Assembly (NCBI GenBank): GCA_963703315.1
Contig: OY969811.1
Span: 1,216,001 to 1,280,000 of the forward strand
DNA: 64,000 nucleotides
Direction: 5' to 3'
Source: an uncultured cyanobacterium
GTDB taxonomy: Bacteria; Cyanobacteriota; Cyanobacteriia; Pseudanabaenales; Pseudanabaenaceae
Shown: positions 28,819-38,266 of the stretch, one piece after another
How the letters are laid out: each line of letters starts with the position of its first letter
How positions within the stretch are numbered: position 1 is the stretch's first letter
Translations under genes and position numbers: made by a program
The notes under the pieces: generated by a model
Database searches by the model: none
Seen by the model: only the letters and a program-made list of their open reading frames with translations
What the model was told of the DNA's origin: nothing

Positions 28819-29625
28819 ATGCAACAAAATACTTACAAAATCCTGAGTCAAACTCAACGCCAACGGGTGAGCGATGGCGCGATCGCCTCAATCTTTGATG
28901 GCTGTGAGTCCAATCAACGCAAATTAATTTTAGTCCTATCCCAATTAGGCGATTTTGATAGTCTCGAATATATTTGGTGGGTTCAAAGAGAAATTGAACG
29001 GATTCAATTGGAAGGAATTGCCGTAAGAGCAATTGGTATTGGCGATCGCCGATCAGGTCAATACTTTTGCAAATTTACAGGCTTTGATCAAAATTGGTTA
29101 TTTGTAGATCCGACAGGCGAACTCCATCGCCAATTAGATCTCTATTCTGGACTAACGACTAAGTTCCCCTTGCTATCATCAGGACAGAGTGCTTGGGTCA
29201 ATTTGATGCTGATGTGTGCAGGGGTTGCTAGCCAAGGCACATTAAAAGAAGTATTTCGAGGCTATCGTGGCGATCGCGATGCCCCCCAACTGATTGCCGA
29301 TGACGAAATCATCAAAGCAGCACCATTACCACCATTAAAAGGTTCTTTCTTTAAATGGGCTGGCGGCAGTGGCTTTCAGCGCCCCTTTGAACTTGCGACT
29401 CTACGACTGCGAAATATGGCAGAAGTTTTAGGAAATTGGAATGCCTATGTCCCAGATGCATCCTACATGACACAGCGTGGTGGTACTTTCCTCTTTGATG
29501 CTCAAGGGGAATTAATTTATGAACATCGCGATCGCGGCATTTTGGGTTTTGCCGCTAATCCTAGCTATCCATTGTCATTTTTGTTTGCCGAGCAGTCAGC
29601 TAAACAAACCCTAAACAATACCTAA
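28819..29625 (+). CDS. Peroxiredoxin-like (AhpC/TSA_2) family protein
   Basis: QLGDFDSLEY, RPFELATLRL and TQRGGTFLF motifs. Confidence 0.75.
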   Translation: MQQNTYKILSQTQRQRVSDGAIASIFDGCESNQRKLILVLSQLGDFDSLEYIWWVQREIERIQLEGIAVRAIGIGDRRSGQYFCKFTGFDQNWLFVDPTGELHRQLDLYSGLTTKFPLLSSGQSAWVNLMLMCAGVASQGTLKEVFRGYRGDRDAPQLIADDEIIKAAPLPPLKGSFFKWAGGSGFQRPFELATLRLRNMAEVLGNWNAYVPDASYMTQRGGTFLFDAQGELIYEHRDRGILGFAANPSYPLSFLFAEQSAKQTLNNT

Positions 29626-30179
29626 GCCTTTTCTTCAAAGTCAGGAGCATAGGCTTGGAGGAGGTTGCTAAGCTGGGAAAGTACCGAATCTTTGTTAACT
29701 GATCCAAAAGCAGCGCGATCGGGGAAGAACTCAGGTCGATCAATATTGCGATCGATCGCTTCTTTGACTTGCTGAGCAATTAAGTGTTGGAGATCCGCAA
29801 GCGCTCTTTCCCTTTGATAATTTGCACCCTGCTCAGTAGTGGCATATAACGGTGGCAAACGATTAAGCGCGTAAGCCGCAATATCCCCCAAATCTAAAAC
29901 TTTATTGCTATTAGCTTCGATCTCAGCGACCCTTGCTACAGCTTCACTTAATACCAACTCTTCCATGACATTGATAAATTGCTTGCGGGGGACAGCAACT
30001 ACTTCCCCTGTAAGCAAAGCCCCCATGAGGCGATCAAGAGCCATGTACTCTTCAACGGATAGCTCAAAGGCGCTATCACAAATTCGCCCCACTTCGGATT
30101 CCATCGCGGGAGTGAGGTAGCCGTCTTGCAAAGCCTGTTCGACAATCGACTCAATGCTGGTTTTTTCTAGCTTTTCCAC
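29622..30179 (-). CDS. ComFB-domain protein, CdgR-like cyclic-dinucleotide receptor
   Basis: IVEQALQDGYLTP, NVMEELV and DIAAYALNRLPPLYAT motifs. Confidence 0.85.
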   Translation of the reverse strand: MEKLEKTSIESIVEQALQDGYLTPAMESEVGRICDSAFELSVEEYMALDRLMGALLTGEVVAVPRKQFINVMEELVLSEAVARVAEIEANSNKVLDLGDIAAYALNRLPPLYATTEQGANYQRERALADLQHLIAQQVKEAIDRNIDRPEFFPDRAAFGSVNKDSVLSQLSNLLQAYAPDFEEKA

Positions 30180-30203
30180 AGTTATCTCTTTAATAACGCA
30201 ACA

Positions 30204-32423
30204 CTAAGGTACTTCAATAGGAATAATCGTATACTCAGGTAGAGACATCTGAAAATGCTCTTTTTGGCTGAGCAGGATCACTAATCTCGCCACAGACTGG
30301 GGTTTGACCGCCAAATCGCTCCAAGGTATAGCCATTTCTAAGCATTGCTCAAAACCTATTTTCGTATGAGTTGCGATGGTTTCCCACTGAAATTTTTCTG
30401 TAGATTCTTGAAGCTGAACTGACTTATCAGCAAAATCGATCGCTAGGTGATGGCGAAATAAATAATTTAGCGGCGATACATCAGGCATATCAAGAAGTTT
30501 TACAGGGCTGTTGGGGTGAATCCGACTCGGATAGAACCACAACAAATGTAATTTACTTTGGGCGATATTTTCTAGATTACTAAATTCTAAGCGCAAGTAG
30601 CAATAAAAATGATCATAACCATACCATAGACGCTTGACGGGTGCAGTTTGATGCATAGTTCCTCGCGCCCCACTAATTTCGATTTTGCCCGCACCTTGCC
30701 AATCATCATTTTCAAATCTGCCATTAATTAACGGCGCGATCATGCTAGTGGGGCGATCGCTAGTGGACACATCGTGGGGTTCGAGGGGGTAAAGCAAGGC
30801 ATGGGGGACTGGCTCATTGAGGGCGCGATAAATCACCTGTAAATGCTCTCGAAATAGGCGATCGAACATGGCATCGTCATTAGAGCTATGTCCCTCCCCA
30901 AACCACCAAAACCAATCGGAGCCTTCAGCAGCCATCAGACTTTCCCATGCTTCAGGGTTGTTTTCGGGCGTGGCTTCTGAGTGCATTGCTAAAATTTGTC
31001 TTGCTTCAGCGAGTAATTCCCATGCCCGATTTTTGACAGGATCGCCGATCCATGTCGTGAAGCTAGAGTCAATCCACGACCCACTATGTAATTGGTGGGG
31101 CGGGATTTTGTCAATGGGTGGGAATTTGGCTAAATATTCTGAGGGCGTAACTAATTTTAGGTTTTGATTATTAGATAAATTCGCGTAAAGCGTTTGTAAA
31201 AATGGGTTGCCATCTTGAGGATAAAACTCCCAACAATTTTCACCATCGAGGGCAATGGTGACTAGCCAAGGCTGACCTTCAGGGTGTTCGGCTAAATATT
31301 CATTTTGCTGTTTTTGAATTGTCATCAGCCGATCGCACAAATCATCACTAGCAGCTTGGGGTAAGAGTGCGCCATAACTAAAGCCAATCAAATCTGAAAG
31401 CAGGCGATCACGGAAAATAATTGCTAAATCACCATGCACAGTTTCAAGGCGATAGGGTTGATAGAGTAGGTGCGGTGCATTGATCGATCCCCGCTCATCA
31501 CGGCGGAAATAATGCCCCAGACTCCAGCCTAATACCCCTTCATCGGAGCATAACCACGAAAATCCCTGTTTAGAAACATGGGGCAAAATGGCAGGACTCA
31601 CAGACTGTTCTGAGGGCCATAAACCTTTGGGATCACAACTAAAATGCTGACGATAGACCTCTTTCGCCTTTTCTAAATGCAGGGTGATGTCTGGCTCATA
31701 GCGAAAGCGTTGATTAGGCAAATACATTTGCGGTACGGCAATGCGTCCTGCTTGCGTATCTGCCAAGAGCGGCATGATCGGATGCATATAAGGCGTTGTG
31801 GTAATTTCCAGTTGCCCATTTTTTTGCATTTGCCGATGTTGGGGCAGAATTCGAGAAATAATCTCACGCTGTTTGCTATAGATTCTTTGGCGATCGGCGA
31901 GGGTAAAATCTTTGCCGCGATCGTACCATTCGGCAAGTTCGGGATCGGTTTCCCTAAATAGGGGATCAATCCATGCCAAGTTATGCCATGCCAATAAATC
32001 GCTAAAGTCGGGCGCTTGCCAATGATTCACACACCACTCGATGCCATAGGCTTGCCTTTGTGCTAATAAGTCAGCATAGCGAGGATATGGCTCAATCATC
32101 GTCTGGTGATTGGCATCAAAAAAATGTTCGACAATAAAATGCTTTTGCGATCGCGTTAACGTATCGACAGGTGTTAAAGTCAGTGCTAAGTAGGGATCAA
32201 ATGCTTTACCTTCTACATAATCTTGCAATTGCAAAATCAATGAAGGCACAAGATTAATCGTTTGATGGAGTTTGGGGTATCTTGACAACATCAACGCCAA
32301 ATCTAAATAATCTTTTACGCCATGCAACCTGACCCAAGGCAAATGATATTTGCCAGCGATCGCGCTTTTGTAAAGAGGTTGATGTTGGTGCCAGATGAAT
32401 GCGATATGTAGAGGAAAAGACAT
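30204..32423 (-). CDS. Glycoside hydrolase family 57 (amylopullulanase-like)
   Basis: WHQHQP, GLWPSE, LDGENCWE and AEGSDWFWW motifs. Confidence 0.92.
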   Translation of the reverse strand: MSFPLHIAFIWHQHQPLYKSAIAGKYHLPWVRLHGVKDYLDLALMLSRYPKLHQTINLVPSLILQLQDYVEGKAFDPYLALTLTPVDTLTRSQKHFIVEHFFDANHQTMIEPYPRYADLLAQRQAYGIEWCVNHWQAPDFSDLLAWHNLAWIDPLFRETDPELAEWYDRGKDFTLADRQRIYSKQREIISRILPQHRQMQKNGQLEITTTPYMHPIMPLLADTQAGRIAVPQMYLPNQRFRYEPDITLHLEKAKEVYRQHFSCDPKGLWPSEQSVSPAILPHVSKQGFSWLCSDEGVLGWSLGHYFRRDERGSINAPHLLYQPYRLETVHGDLAIIFRDRLLSDLIGFSYGALLPQAASDDLCDRLMTIQKQQNEYLAEHPEGQPWLVTIALDGENCWEFYPQDGNPFLQTLYANLSNNQNLKLVTPSEYLAKFPPIDKIPPHQLHSGSWIDSSFTTWIGDPVKNRAWELLAEARQILAMHSEATPENNPEAWESLMAAEGSDWFWWFGEGHSSNDDAMFDRLFREHLQVIYRALNEPVPHALLYPLEPHDVSTSDRPTSMIAPLINGRFENDDWQGAGKIEISGARGTMHQTAPVKRLWYGYDHFYCYLRLEFSNLENIAQSKLHLLWFYPSRIHPNSPVKLLDMPDVSPLNYLFRHHLAIDFADKSVQLQESTEKFQWETIATHTKIGFEQCLEMAIPWSDLAVKPQSVARLVILLSQKEHFQMSLPEYTIIPIEVP

Positions 32424-32426
32424 AGG

Positions 32427-33038
32427 ATGACTGGCAATATGACTGGCGATACTTCTAGAAATTGTGACACACCTGTTCCTAGTTCAATCCAAAGACTTTC
32501 TGTAAAAGTATTCACTTTAGGGCTGAGTCTCTGCCTAATGGGTTGTACTAATGCGCCTGCGATCTCTGATACCAAGCCATCTCCTACGCCCACATCGCCC
32601 CCTACCATCCAAACCAAACCCAAACCAGTTTCAGAACTGGCACAATACTTGTCCATTACCGCTACGGCAACAATTTCAGGTCGTGAGATCCAGCTAGAGG
32701 TTGCCAATACTCCGCAGGAGCAAGCCAAGGGTTTAATGTTTCGTCCTCCCTTAGCCGATGATCGCGGAATGTTATTTCCCTTTACACCTGCGCGTCCCGT
32801 CGCCTTTTGGATGAAAAATACCCCTTCACCTCTTGATATCATTTTCTTGCTTGATGGTGAAGTCAGGGCGATCGCCCGTAATGCCACTACTTGCAAAAGC
32901 GATCCCTGTCCTGTCTATCCTGAAGGTGGTGTGATCGCCGATAATGTCATTGAAGTGAGAGCAGGATTAACCCAAGAAATTGGTTTAAAAGAAGGGGATC
33001 AAATTAAAGTTAAATTCTTGTTGCCAAAAAATCAATGA
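32427..33038 (+). CDS. DUF192 domain protein, probable lipoprotein
   Basis: LEVA.TP...GLMFR...GMLF...FWMKNT..LDIIF; LMGC lipobox-like. Confidence 0.85.
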   Translation: MTGNMTGDTSRNCDTPVPSSIQRLSVKVFTLGLSLCLMGCTNAPAISDTKPSPTPTSPPTIQTKPKPVSELAQYLSITATATISGREIQLEVANTPQEQAKGLMFRPPLADDRGMLFPFTPARPVAFWMKNTPSPLDIIFLLDGEVRAIARNATTCKSDPCPVYPEGGVIADNVIEVRAGLTQEIGLKEGDQIKVKFLLPKNQ

Positions 33039-33161
33039 CCACTATAATTCTAGAGTCGAAAATTTTTAAATTCAAAAATGTTCAAAACTACTTGGTAATT
33101 TCTCTTTAGAAAGTGCTACAAGTAGCAGTGGTGAATCTTGAGTGAAAGAAGAGTTAAAAAA

Positions 33162-33662
33162 ATGACAGCTAGCAGAGCGAGAATGCCTGAACCACAGAGA
33201 TCCCCTCAACCTCTGGATCGTAAGAATAAACGTCTGCAAGCAAGTCGCCCATCAGTCACTAATCGCAATGTGAAGCGGTTACCGCGTACTAACTCTTTTG
33301 CTTTGCCTCTGTGGTTACGAGTTTTGATGACCACACAAAAGTTGTCAATTGTCGCTACGGTCTTGCTTACTGTCTCGGTTTTTGCAATTTACGGCTGGAC
33401 TGTATATGCCCAAGAACAGTGGAACCAGCAATATAAAAAGCTCGAACAACTCAAGCGTCAAGAACGCCAACTGACTAATGCCACAGGTTCTTTTGACAAC
33501 GAAATGATGCAGTCAATCCAAAAAAAGCCTGGGGAACTAGTGCGTGAACGTCCTGAGCAATCAATTTTTTTGCAAGCGGCTCCCCTGCGACCTAAGCGTG
33601 ATGTTCCTGCCACTGTATCCGAATTACCTAAAAATAAATCTAACGAAAGTCTGGGCTATTAG
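33162..33662 (+). CDS. Hypothetical single-TM coiled-coil protein (FtsL-like architecture)
   Basis: Basic N-terminus, one TM, YGWTVY.Q..W followed by a coiled coil. Confidence 0.55.
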   Translation: MTASRARMPEPQRSPQPLDRKNKRLQASRPSVTNRNVKRLPRTNSFALPLWLRVLMTTQKLSIVATVLLTVSVFAIYGWTVYAQEQWNQQYKKLEQLKRQERQLTNATGSFDNEMMQSIQKKPGELVRERPEQSIFLQAAPLRPKRDVPATVSELPKNKSNESLGY

Positions 33663-33676
33663 GACATAGCTATGAC

Positions 33677-33729
33677 AAAAAACCAGTAAAGTGGCGGCGC
33701 TTCGCGCCGCCACTTTACTGGTTTTTTTT
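33677..33729. repeat. GC-apex palindrome / probable terminator
   Basis: AAAAAACCAGTAAAGTGGCGGCGC-TTC-GCGCCGCCACTTTACTGGTTTTTT. Confidence 0.78.
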
Positions 33730-33850
33730 AATATTCAATTGTATAGAATATTCTGTTTGAATTGATATAATTTAAATAATTGGGTAATGTACTTTGTATA
33801 GCCCCAATTATGAAAAAATTTGTTGATAAACCTGTAAATACGATAAAGCC

Positions 33851-34390
33851 ATGACACAAACTACTTCTGTTTCGGTGACAACCCCACTACGTCCTGTCAG
33901 CAAAGATGGTTTAGAGGCACTTGCCGCTAAGGCACAGGCAAATCCTAATGTAATTGGGACATTAAAGGTAAAAACAGTCTGTGAAGGACAATTTCGGAAC
34001 TTGAACTATGTCCGTAACTTACCTGAACACGTTATTGATGAGCCACCCACATTATTGGGGCAAGACACCGCACCTAATCCTTCAGAAGCTTTGTTAGCGG
34101 CTCTTGGTTCTTGTTTGTCAGTTGGTATTCATGCTAATGCAATTATGCGAGGCATTACCCTTTCCAAGCTAGAGTTACACCTTGAAGGTGATATCAACAT
34201 TACAGGGGTTTGGGGCATTGGCGATTTATCTAAGAAGCGCTTGGGAATTAGTGCCGTTAGAGTGAAGGTTGATATCGAGGCTGATGCCACCAAAGAAGAA
34301 CTAGAAGATCTGCTGGAGCATTCAAATTATTGGTCGCCTGTGGCTAATACTTTCCGTAATCCTGTAGATATGGAAGTTTCGCTAGCGTAA
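33851..34390 (+). CDS. OsmC family protein
   Basis: DEPPTLLG.DTAPNPSE.LLAALGSC...SPVANT. Confidence 0.88.
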   Translation: MTQTTSVSVTTPLRPVSKDGLEALAAKAQANPNVIGTLKVKTVCEGQFRNLNYVRNLPEHVIDEPPTLLGQDTAPNPSEALLAALGSCLSVGIHANAIMRGITLSKLELHLEGDINITGVWGIGDLSKKRLGISAVRVKVDIEADATKEELEDLLEHSNYWSPVANTFRNPVDMEVSLA

Positions 34391-34392
34391 AA

Positions 34393-34505
34393 TATAGCAA
34401 AAAAAGTTTTGCTTAGGACACAAAACCAGAAGGAGAGTTGCGGCGCTCTGCGCCGCAACTCTCCTTGGGTTTTAGTTTGTACTAACCAACTATTGCTTTG
34501 CTATA
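34393..34505. mobile_element. MITE-like element, TATAGCAAA...TTTGCTATA family
   Basis: Terminal inverted repeats; core GGAGAGTTGCGGCGC-TCT-GCGCCGCAACTCTCC. Confidence 0.7.
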
Positions 34506-34610
34506 TTTAGGACGCTTGGCGCTAAAACCAGAACCAATAATTTTTTTCAAAGTGTTGCTCCGCAACACTTTGAAAAATCTGTATACAATAGGAATCCGAT
34601 AGGAAAAGAA

Positions 34611-35756
34611 GTGATGCAAGTTAGTGACACCAGACTCAATCAATCTCCAGAAAAACTGCTCACTGATGAAGCATTAATGCAGAGCTTGAAAGTGGCGATC
34701 GCCCAAAAATTAGCGCCTAATGTCATCAAAATTGACCAGCAAGGTGTTTATCCTGAAGAATTTTTGCAATATATTGGCAGCCTCGGCGCGTATGGTCAGG
34801 GTGTTTCGGTTGAGTCTGGTGGTACGGGGCGTGGTGTATTGCCTGCATTGAAAGCGATCGAAATGGTGTCCGAGACTTGCTTAAGTACTGGGTTTATGGC
34901 TTGGTGTCACAATGCCTGTTCTTGGTATTTACAAAATACCGATAATCCTTTTCTGCGAGAGCAAATTCTGCCTCAAGTCGCTGTGGGGAAATTGCTAGCG
35001 GGAACTGGTTTGTCCAACCCGATGAAACACTTTGCAGGGATCGAGAAAATCAAGATTATCGCTACGCCCTGTGAAGGTGGTTATATTCTCAATGGCACAT
35101 TGCCTTGGGTATCTAATCTTGGCGACAAGCATCTATTTGGAATATCTGCCCAAATACAAGGAACTGACGACTATTTAATGGCGATCGCCCAAGGTGGGAT
35201 GACAGGACTAGAGCTAAAACAAGATGTGCATTTTATTGCGCTCGAAGGTACGAATACCTTTAGGTGTCTATTCCGTAATGCTTTTATTAGTCATGATTGG
35301 ATTTTAGCTGCACCTTGCGATCGCTATGTCGAATATATCAAACCCGGATTTATCCTCATGCAAGTGGGGATGGGTTTAGGATTAACCCAGAATTGTATTG
35401 ATCTGATGCGAAGGATTGATAAAACTAAGCATCATGTTAATCAATATCTTGACGATCGCCCCGATGAAATGGAAAGCGAATTAGAATCACTGCGCCTAAA
35501 GTCCTACCGATTAGCGGAAGCGATCGGGCATGGACGCGAACTATTTAGTACAGAGGTGATAAGAGAAGTCATTGAGGCAAGGGCGGCGGCTTCTGAGCTA
35601 TCTCTAAGAGCTTCACAGTCATTGATGCTCCATGCGGGGGCGATCGCCTATGTGCATGGCAGCATTTATGAGAGACGCTTGCGAGAGTCATATTTTGTAG
35701 CAATAGTGACACCTGCACTTAAACATTTACGCAAAGTTTTAATAGGGATGCGATAG
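34611..35756 (+). CDS. Acyl-CoA dehydrogenase-like flavoprotein
   Basis: GTGLSNPMK, NGTLPWVSN, ALEGTNT and RRLRESYFVAIVTP motifs. Confidence 0.85.
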   Translation: MMQVSDTRLNQSPEKLLTDEALMQSLKVAIAQKLAPNVIKIDQQGVYPEEFLQYIGSLGAYGQGVSVESGGTGRGVLPALKAIEMVSETCLSTGFMAWCHNACSWYLQNTDNPFLREQILPQVAVGKLLAGTGLSNPMKHFAGIEKIKIIATPCEGGYILNGTLPWVSNLGDKHLFGISAQIQGTDDYLMAIAQGGMTGLELKQDVHFIALEGTNTFRCLFRNAFISHDWILAAPCDRYVEYIKPGFILMQVGMGLGLTQNCIDLMRRIDKTKHHVNQYLDDRPDEMESELESLRLKSYRLAEAIGHGRELFSTEVIREVIEARAAASELSLRASQSLMLHAGAIAYVHGSIYERRLRESYFVAIVTPALKHLRKVLIGMR

Positions 35757-35861
35757 CTATATTTGTCGCCATTAGACGAGTTGCGGCGCGAAGCGCCACT
35801 ACTCGTCTAATGGCAAGGCTTTTACCATCTATAAATTCAAAACTAATGAGCTAAAAATAAT

Positions 35862-36308
35862 ATGACAGTTGAATTTCCTGCTTTTACTCAAACTTTACTA
35901 GCTGCCAAAAAAGCCAAAGGTTTAAGCTTTGCAGATCTCGAAAGTCTCTTAGGACATGATGAGGTCTGGATTGCTTCTCTTTTTTATGGTCAGAATAGCA
36001 CTAGCCCTGAAGAAGCGAAAAAAGTGGCTGATGTGCTTGGTTTGGGGGAAGATATCATCGCTGCCTTGAGTGCTTATCCTAGCAAGGGTTTAGGACCGAT
36101 TGTGCCGACTGATCCACTTATTTACCGATTCTATGAAATCATTCAAGTCTATGGTTATCCGATTAAGGAAATCATTCATGAAAAATTTGGTGATGGCATT
36201 ATGAGTGCCATTGACTTCACCCTTGACATCGACAAAGTAGAAGATCCTAAAGGCGATCGGGTCAAGGTGACTCTAAACGGTAAATTCCTTCCTTACAAAA
36301 AATGGTAA
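35862..36308 (+). CDS. cynS: Cyanate hydratase (cyanase)
   Basis: [24 protein letters not shown] and GKFLPY motifs. Confidence 0.96.
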   Translation: MTVEFPAFTQTLLAAKKAKGLSFADLESLLGHDEVWIASLFYGQNSTSPEEAKKVADVLGLGEDIIAALSAYPSKGLGPIVPTDPLIYRFYEIIQVYGYPIKEIIHEKFGDGIMSAIDFTLDIDKVEDPKGDRVKVTLNGKFLPYKKW

Positions 36309-36363
36309 AACCAAAAAAATAAAGGTGTGGCGCAAAGCGCCACACCTTTATTTTTTTGGTTTT
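36307..36363. terminator. Long palindromic terminator after cynS
   Basis: AAAACCAAAAAAATAAAGGTGTGGCGC-AAA-GCGCCACACCTTTATTTTTTTGGTTTT. Confidence 0.75.
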
Positions 36364-36369
36364 TAAGCC

Positions 36370-36439
36370 TTTCATAATCGTTTCATTTTTCTTTTTATAT
36401 GGTATATTTTAAAAAATGAAACGATTATGAAAAGTAATC
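36370..36439. promoter_or_regulatory. Inverted pair of ManR-like boxes upstream of mntC
   Basis: Perfect 21-bp inverted repeat (36370-36390 / 36412-36432). Each arm carries AATGAAACGATTATGAAA, similar to the ManR site TATGAAAAGAATATGAGAA as recalled. Confidence 0.65.
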
Positions 36440-37432
36440 ATGAATTATCAATCTAGTTTTAAGCAGTTTTTTATTCACTCAAAACAATATCTGGTTAGTT
36501 TCTCTAGCCTGTTATTAGCAGTGAGTATAAATGCTTGTAACTTGCAGACCACACCAAGTCAAAGCGAAAGTGCTAGACCGATTGATGCCTCTACTCGCAA
36601 AAATAAGCAAGGTAAGAAAGTAATCCTGACCACGTTTACGGTGCTGGCAGACATGGCGCAAAATGTGGCGGGGGATAAGGCGATCGTGGAGTCCATCACA
36701 AAGGTGGGGGCAGAGATTCATGGTTATGAACCGACACCTAGTGATTTAGCGAGAGGTCAGGAAGTCGATCTGATTTTAGATAATGGATTGAACTTAGAAC
36801 GGTGGGCGGAGCGTTTTTACAATAGTTTACCGAAAGTGGCGCGACTGACTATCAGTGAAGGAGTACAGCCCGTTAACATTACCGAAGATACCTATCAAGG
36901 TAAGCCCAATCCCCATGCATGGATGTCACCTCAAAATGCATTGATATATGTGGAAAATATTCGCAAAGCGCTCACTAAAATCGATCCTGTGAATGCCGCA
37001 GCCTATAACGCTAATGCTCAAAACTATAGCCAACAAATTCAAGCCCTCGATGCCAAACTCAAACAGGCGATCGCTGTAATTCCCCCTGACAAACGCTACA
37101 TCGTCAGTTGTGAAGGCGCATTTTCTTATATTGCCCGTGATTATGGCTTGAAGGAAGTTTATATCTGGTCAGTCAATGCCGAGCAGCAAGCCACTCCTAA
37201 ACAAGTGCAGAAAGTAATTGAAGCAGTGAAGGCTAATCAAATTCCATCTGTGTTTTGTGAAAGCACCGTCAGTGACAAACCGATGCAACAGGTAGTCAAA
37301 GAAACTGGAGCAAAGTATGGAGGCGTGTTTTATGTGGATTCTCTATCTCCTCCCAATGGACTCACCCCGACCTATCTCAAACTACTGGAATATAACGTCA
37401 ATACTTTAATTAAAGGCTTGCAAAGTAAATAA
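36440..37432 (+). CDS. mntC: Mn2+ (metal) ABC transporter substrate-binding lipoprotein
   Basis: INAC lipobox-like; EIHGYEPTP, NPHAWMSP, CEGAFSY, ESTV and YVDSLS motifs. Confidence 0.88.
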   Translation: MNYQSSFKQFFIHSKQYLVSFSSLLLAVSINACNLQTTPSQSESARPIDASTRKNKQGKKVILTTFTVLADMAQNVAGDKAIVESITKVGAEIHGYEPTPSDLARGQEVDLILDNGLNLERWAERFYNSLPKVARLTISEGVQPVNITEDTYQGKPNPHAWMSPQNALIYVENIRKALTKIDPVNAAAYNANAQNYSQQIQALDAKLKQAIAVIPPDKRYIVSCEGAFSYIARDYGLKEVYIWSVNAEQQATPKQVQKVIEAVKANQIPSVFCESTVSDKPMQQVVKETGAKYGGVFYVDSLSPPNGLTPTYLKLLEYNVNTLIKGLQSK

Positions 37433-37492
37433 GTTATAGGTTCGGTACTTCACACAGAACATCCCAAAATCCAAGATGAACGGAGAAAATTT

Positions 37493-38266
37493 ATGACACT
37501 TAGTATTGACATTGAGAATGTGACCGTTGCCTATCATGGCAAAGTTGCTTTACATCGTGCTTCACTGCAACTGCATTCGGGAACGATTTGCGGCTTAGTC
37601 GGGATGAATGGTGCAGGTAAATCTACCCTCTTTAAATCGGTGATGGGATTTGTGAAACCTATCAGTGGCAGAGTCTTGATTAATGGCTTACCGATTCGCC
37701 TTGTGCAGAAAAACAATCTTGTTGCCTATGTTCCTCAATCGGAGGAAGTCGATTGGAACTTCCCTGTGAGTGTGCATGATGTGGTGATGATGGGACGCTA
37801 TGGCTATATGAACTTTTTACGGATGGCGCGATCGCTTGATCAGCAGATCGTGCGTGAGAGTTTAGAGCGTGTGGAAATGTGGGAAATGCGCGATCGCCAA
37901 ATTGGAGAGCTATCGGGTGGTCAAAAGAAACGGACATTTTTTGCGCGGGCTTTAGCACAGCAGGGTAAAGTGTTGCTCCTCGATGAGCCATTTGCAGGGG
38001 TGGATGTTAAGACGGAGAAGCTGATGATTAATCTGCTGATGGAACTTCGGGATGCAGGTTATACGATTCTAATTTCTACCCATGATCTTGATTCCATCAC
38101 CACTTTTTGTGATCAAGTGGTCTTAATCAATCGCACGATTCTCGCCTATGGGGAGACTTCTGAAGTATTTACCGAAGAGAATCTTTCGCGTACCTTTGGC
38201 GGTTCTGTAATCGATTTATCACGTTCAAAAAGCCATCTAATTAAAGGCAAACAGGAGAATCAGTAA
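37493..38266 (+). CDS. mntA: Mn2+ (metal) ABC transporter ATP-binding protein
   Basis: [21 protein letters not shown] and LLLDEPF motifs. Confidence 0.88.
   Translation: MTLSIDIENVTVAYHGKVALHRASLQLHSGTICGLVGMNGAGKSTLFKSVMGFVKPISGRVLINGLPIRLVQKNNLVAYVPQSEEVDWNFPVSVHDVVMMGRYGYMNFLRMARSLDQQIVRESLERVEMWEMRDRQIGELSGGQKKRTFFARALAQQGKVLLLDEPFAGVDVKTEKLMINLLMELRDAGYTILISTHDLDSITTFCDQVVLINRTILAYGETSEVFTEENLSRTFGGSVIDLSRSKSHLIKGKQENQ

Noticed and set aside
32315..32896. 193-aa antisense ORF and other shadow ORFs (e.g. 50039-50491, 55761-56114, 61841-62200)
   Set aside because: They overlap well-supported genes and show no recognisable motifs.
36412..36450. Zur/Fur box upstream of the metal ABC operon
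   Set aside because: Poor fit to TGATAATnATTATCA; the direct-repeat ManR-type pattern fits better.
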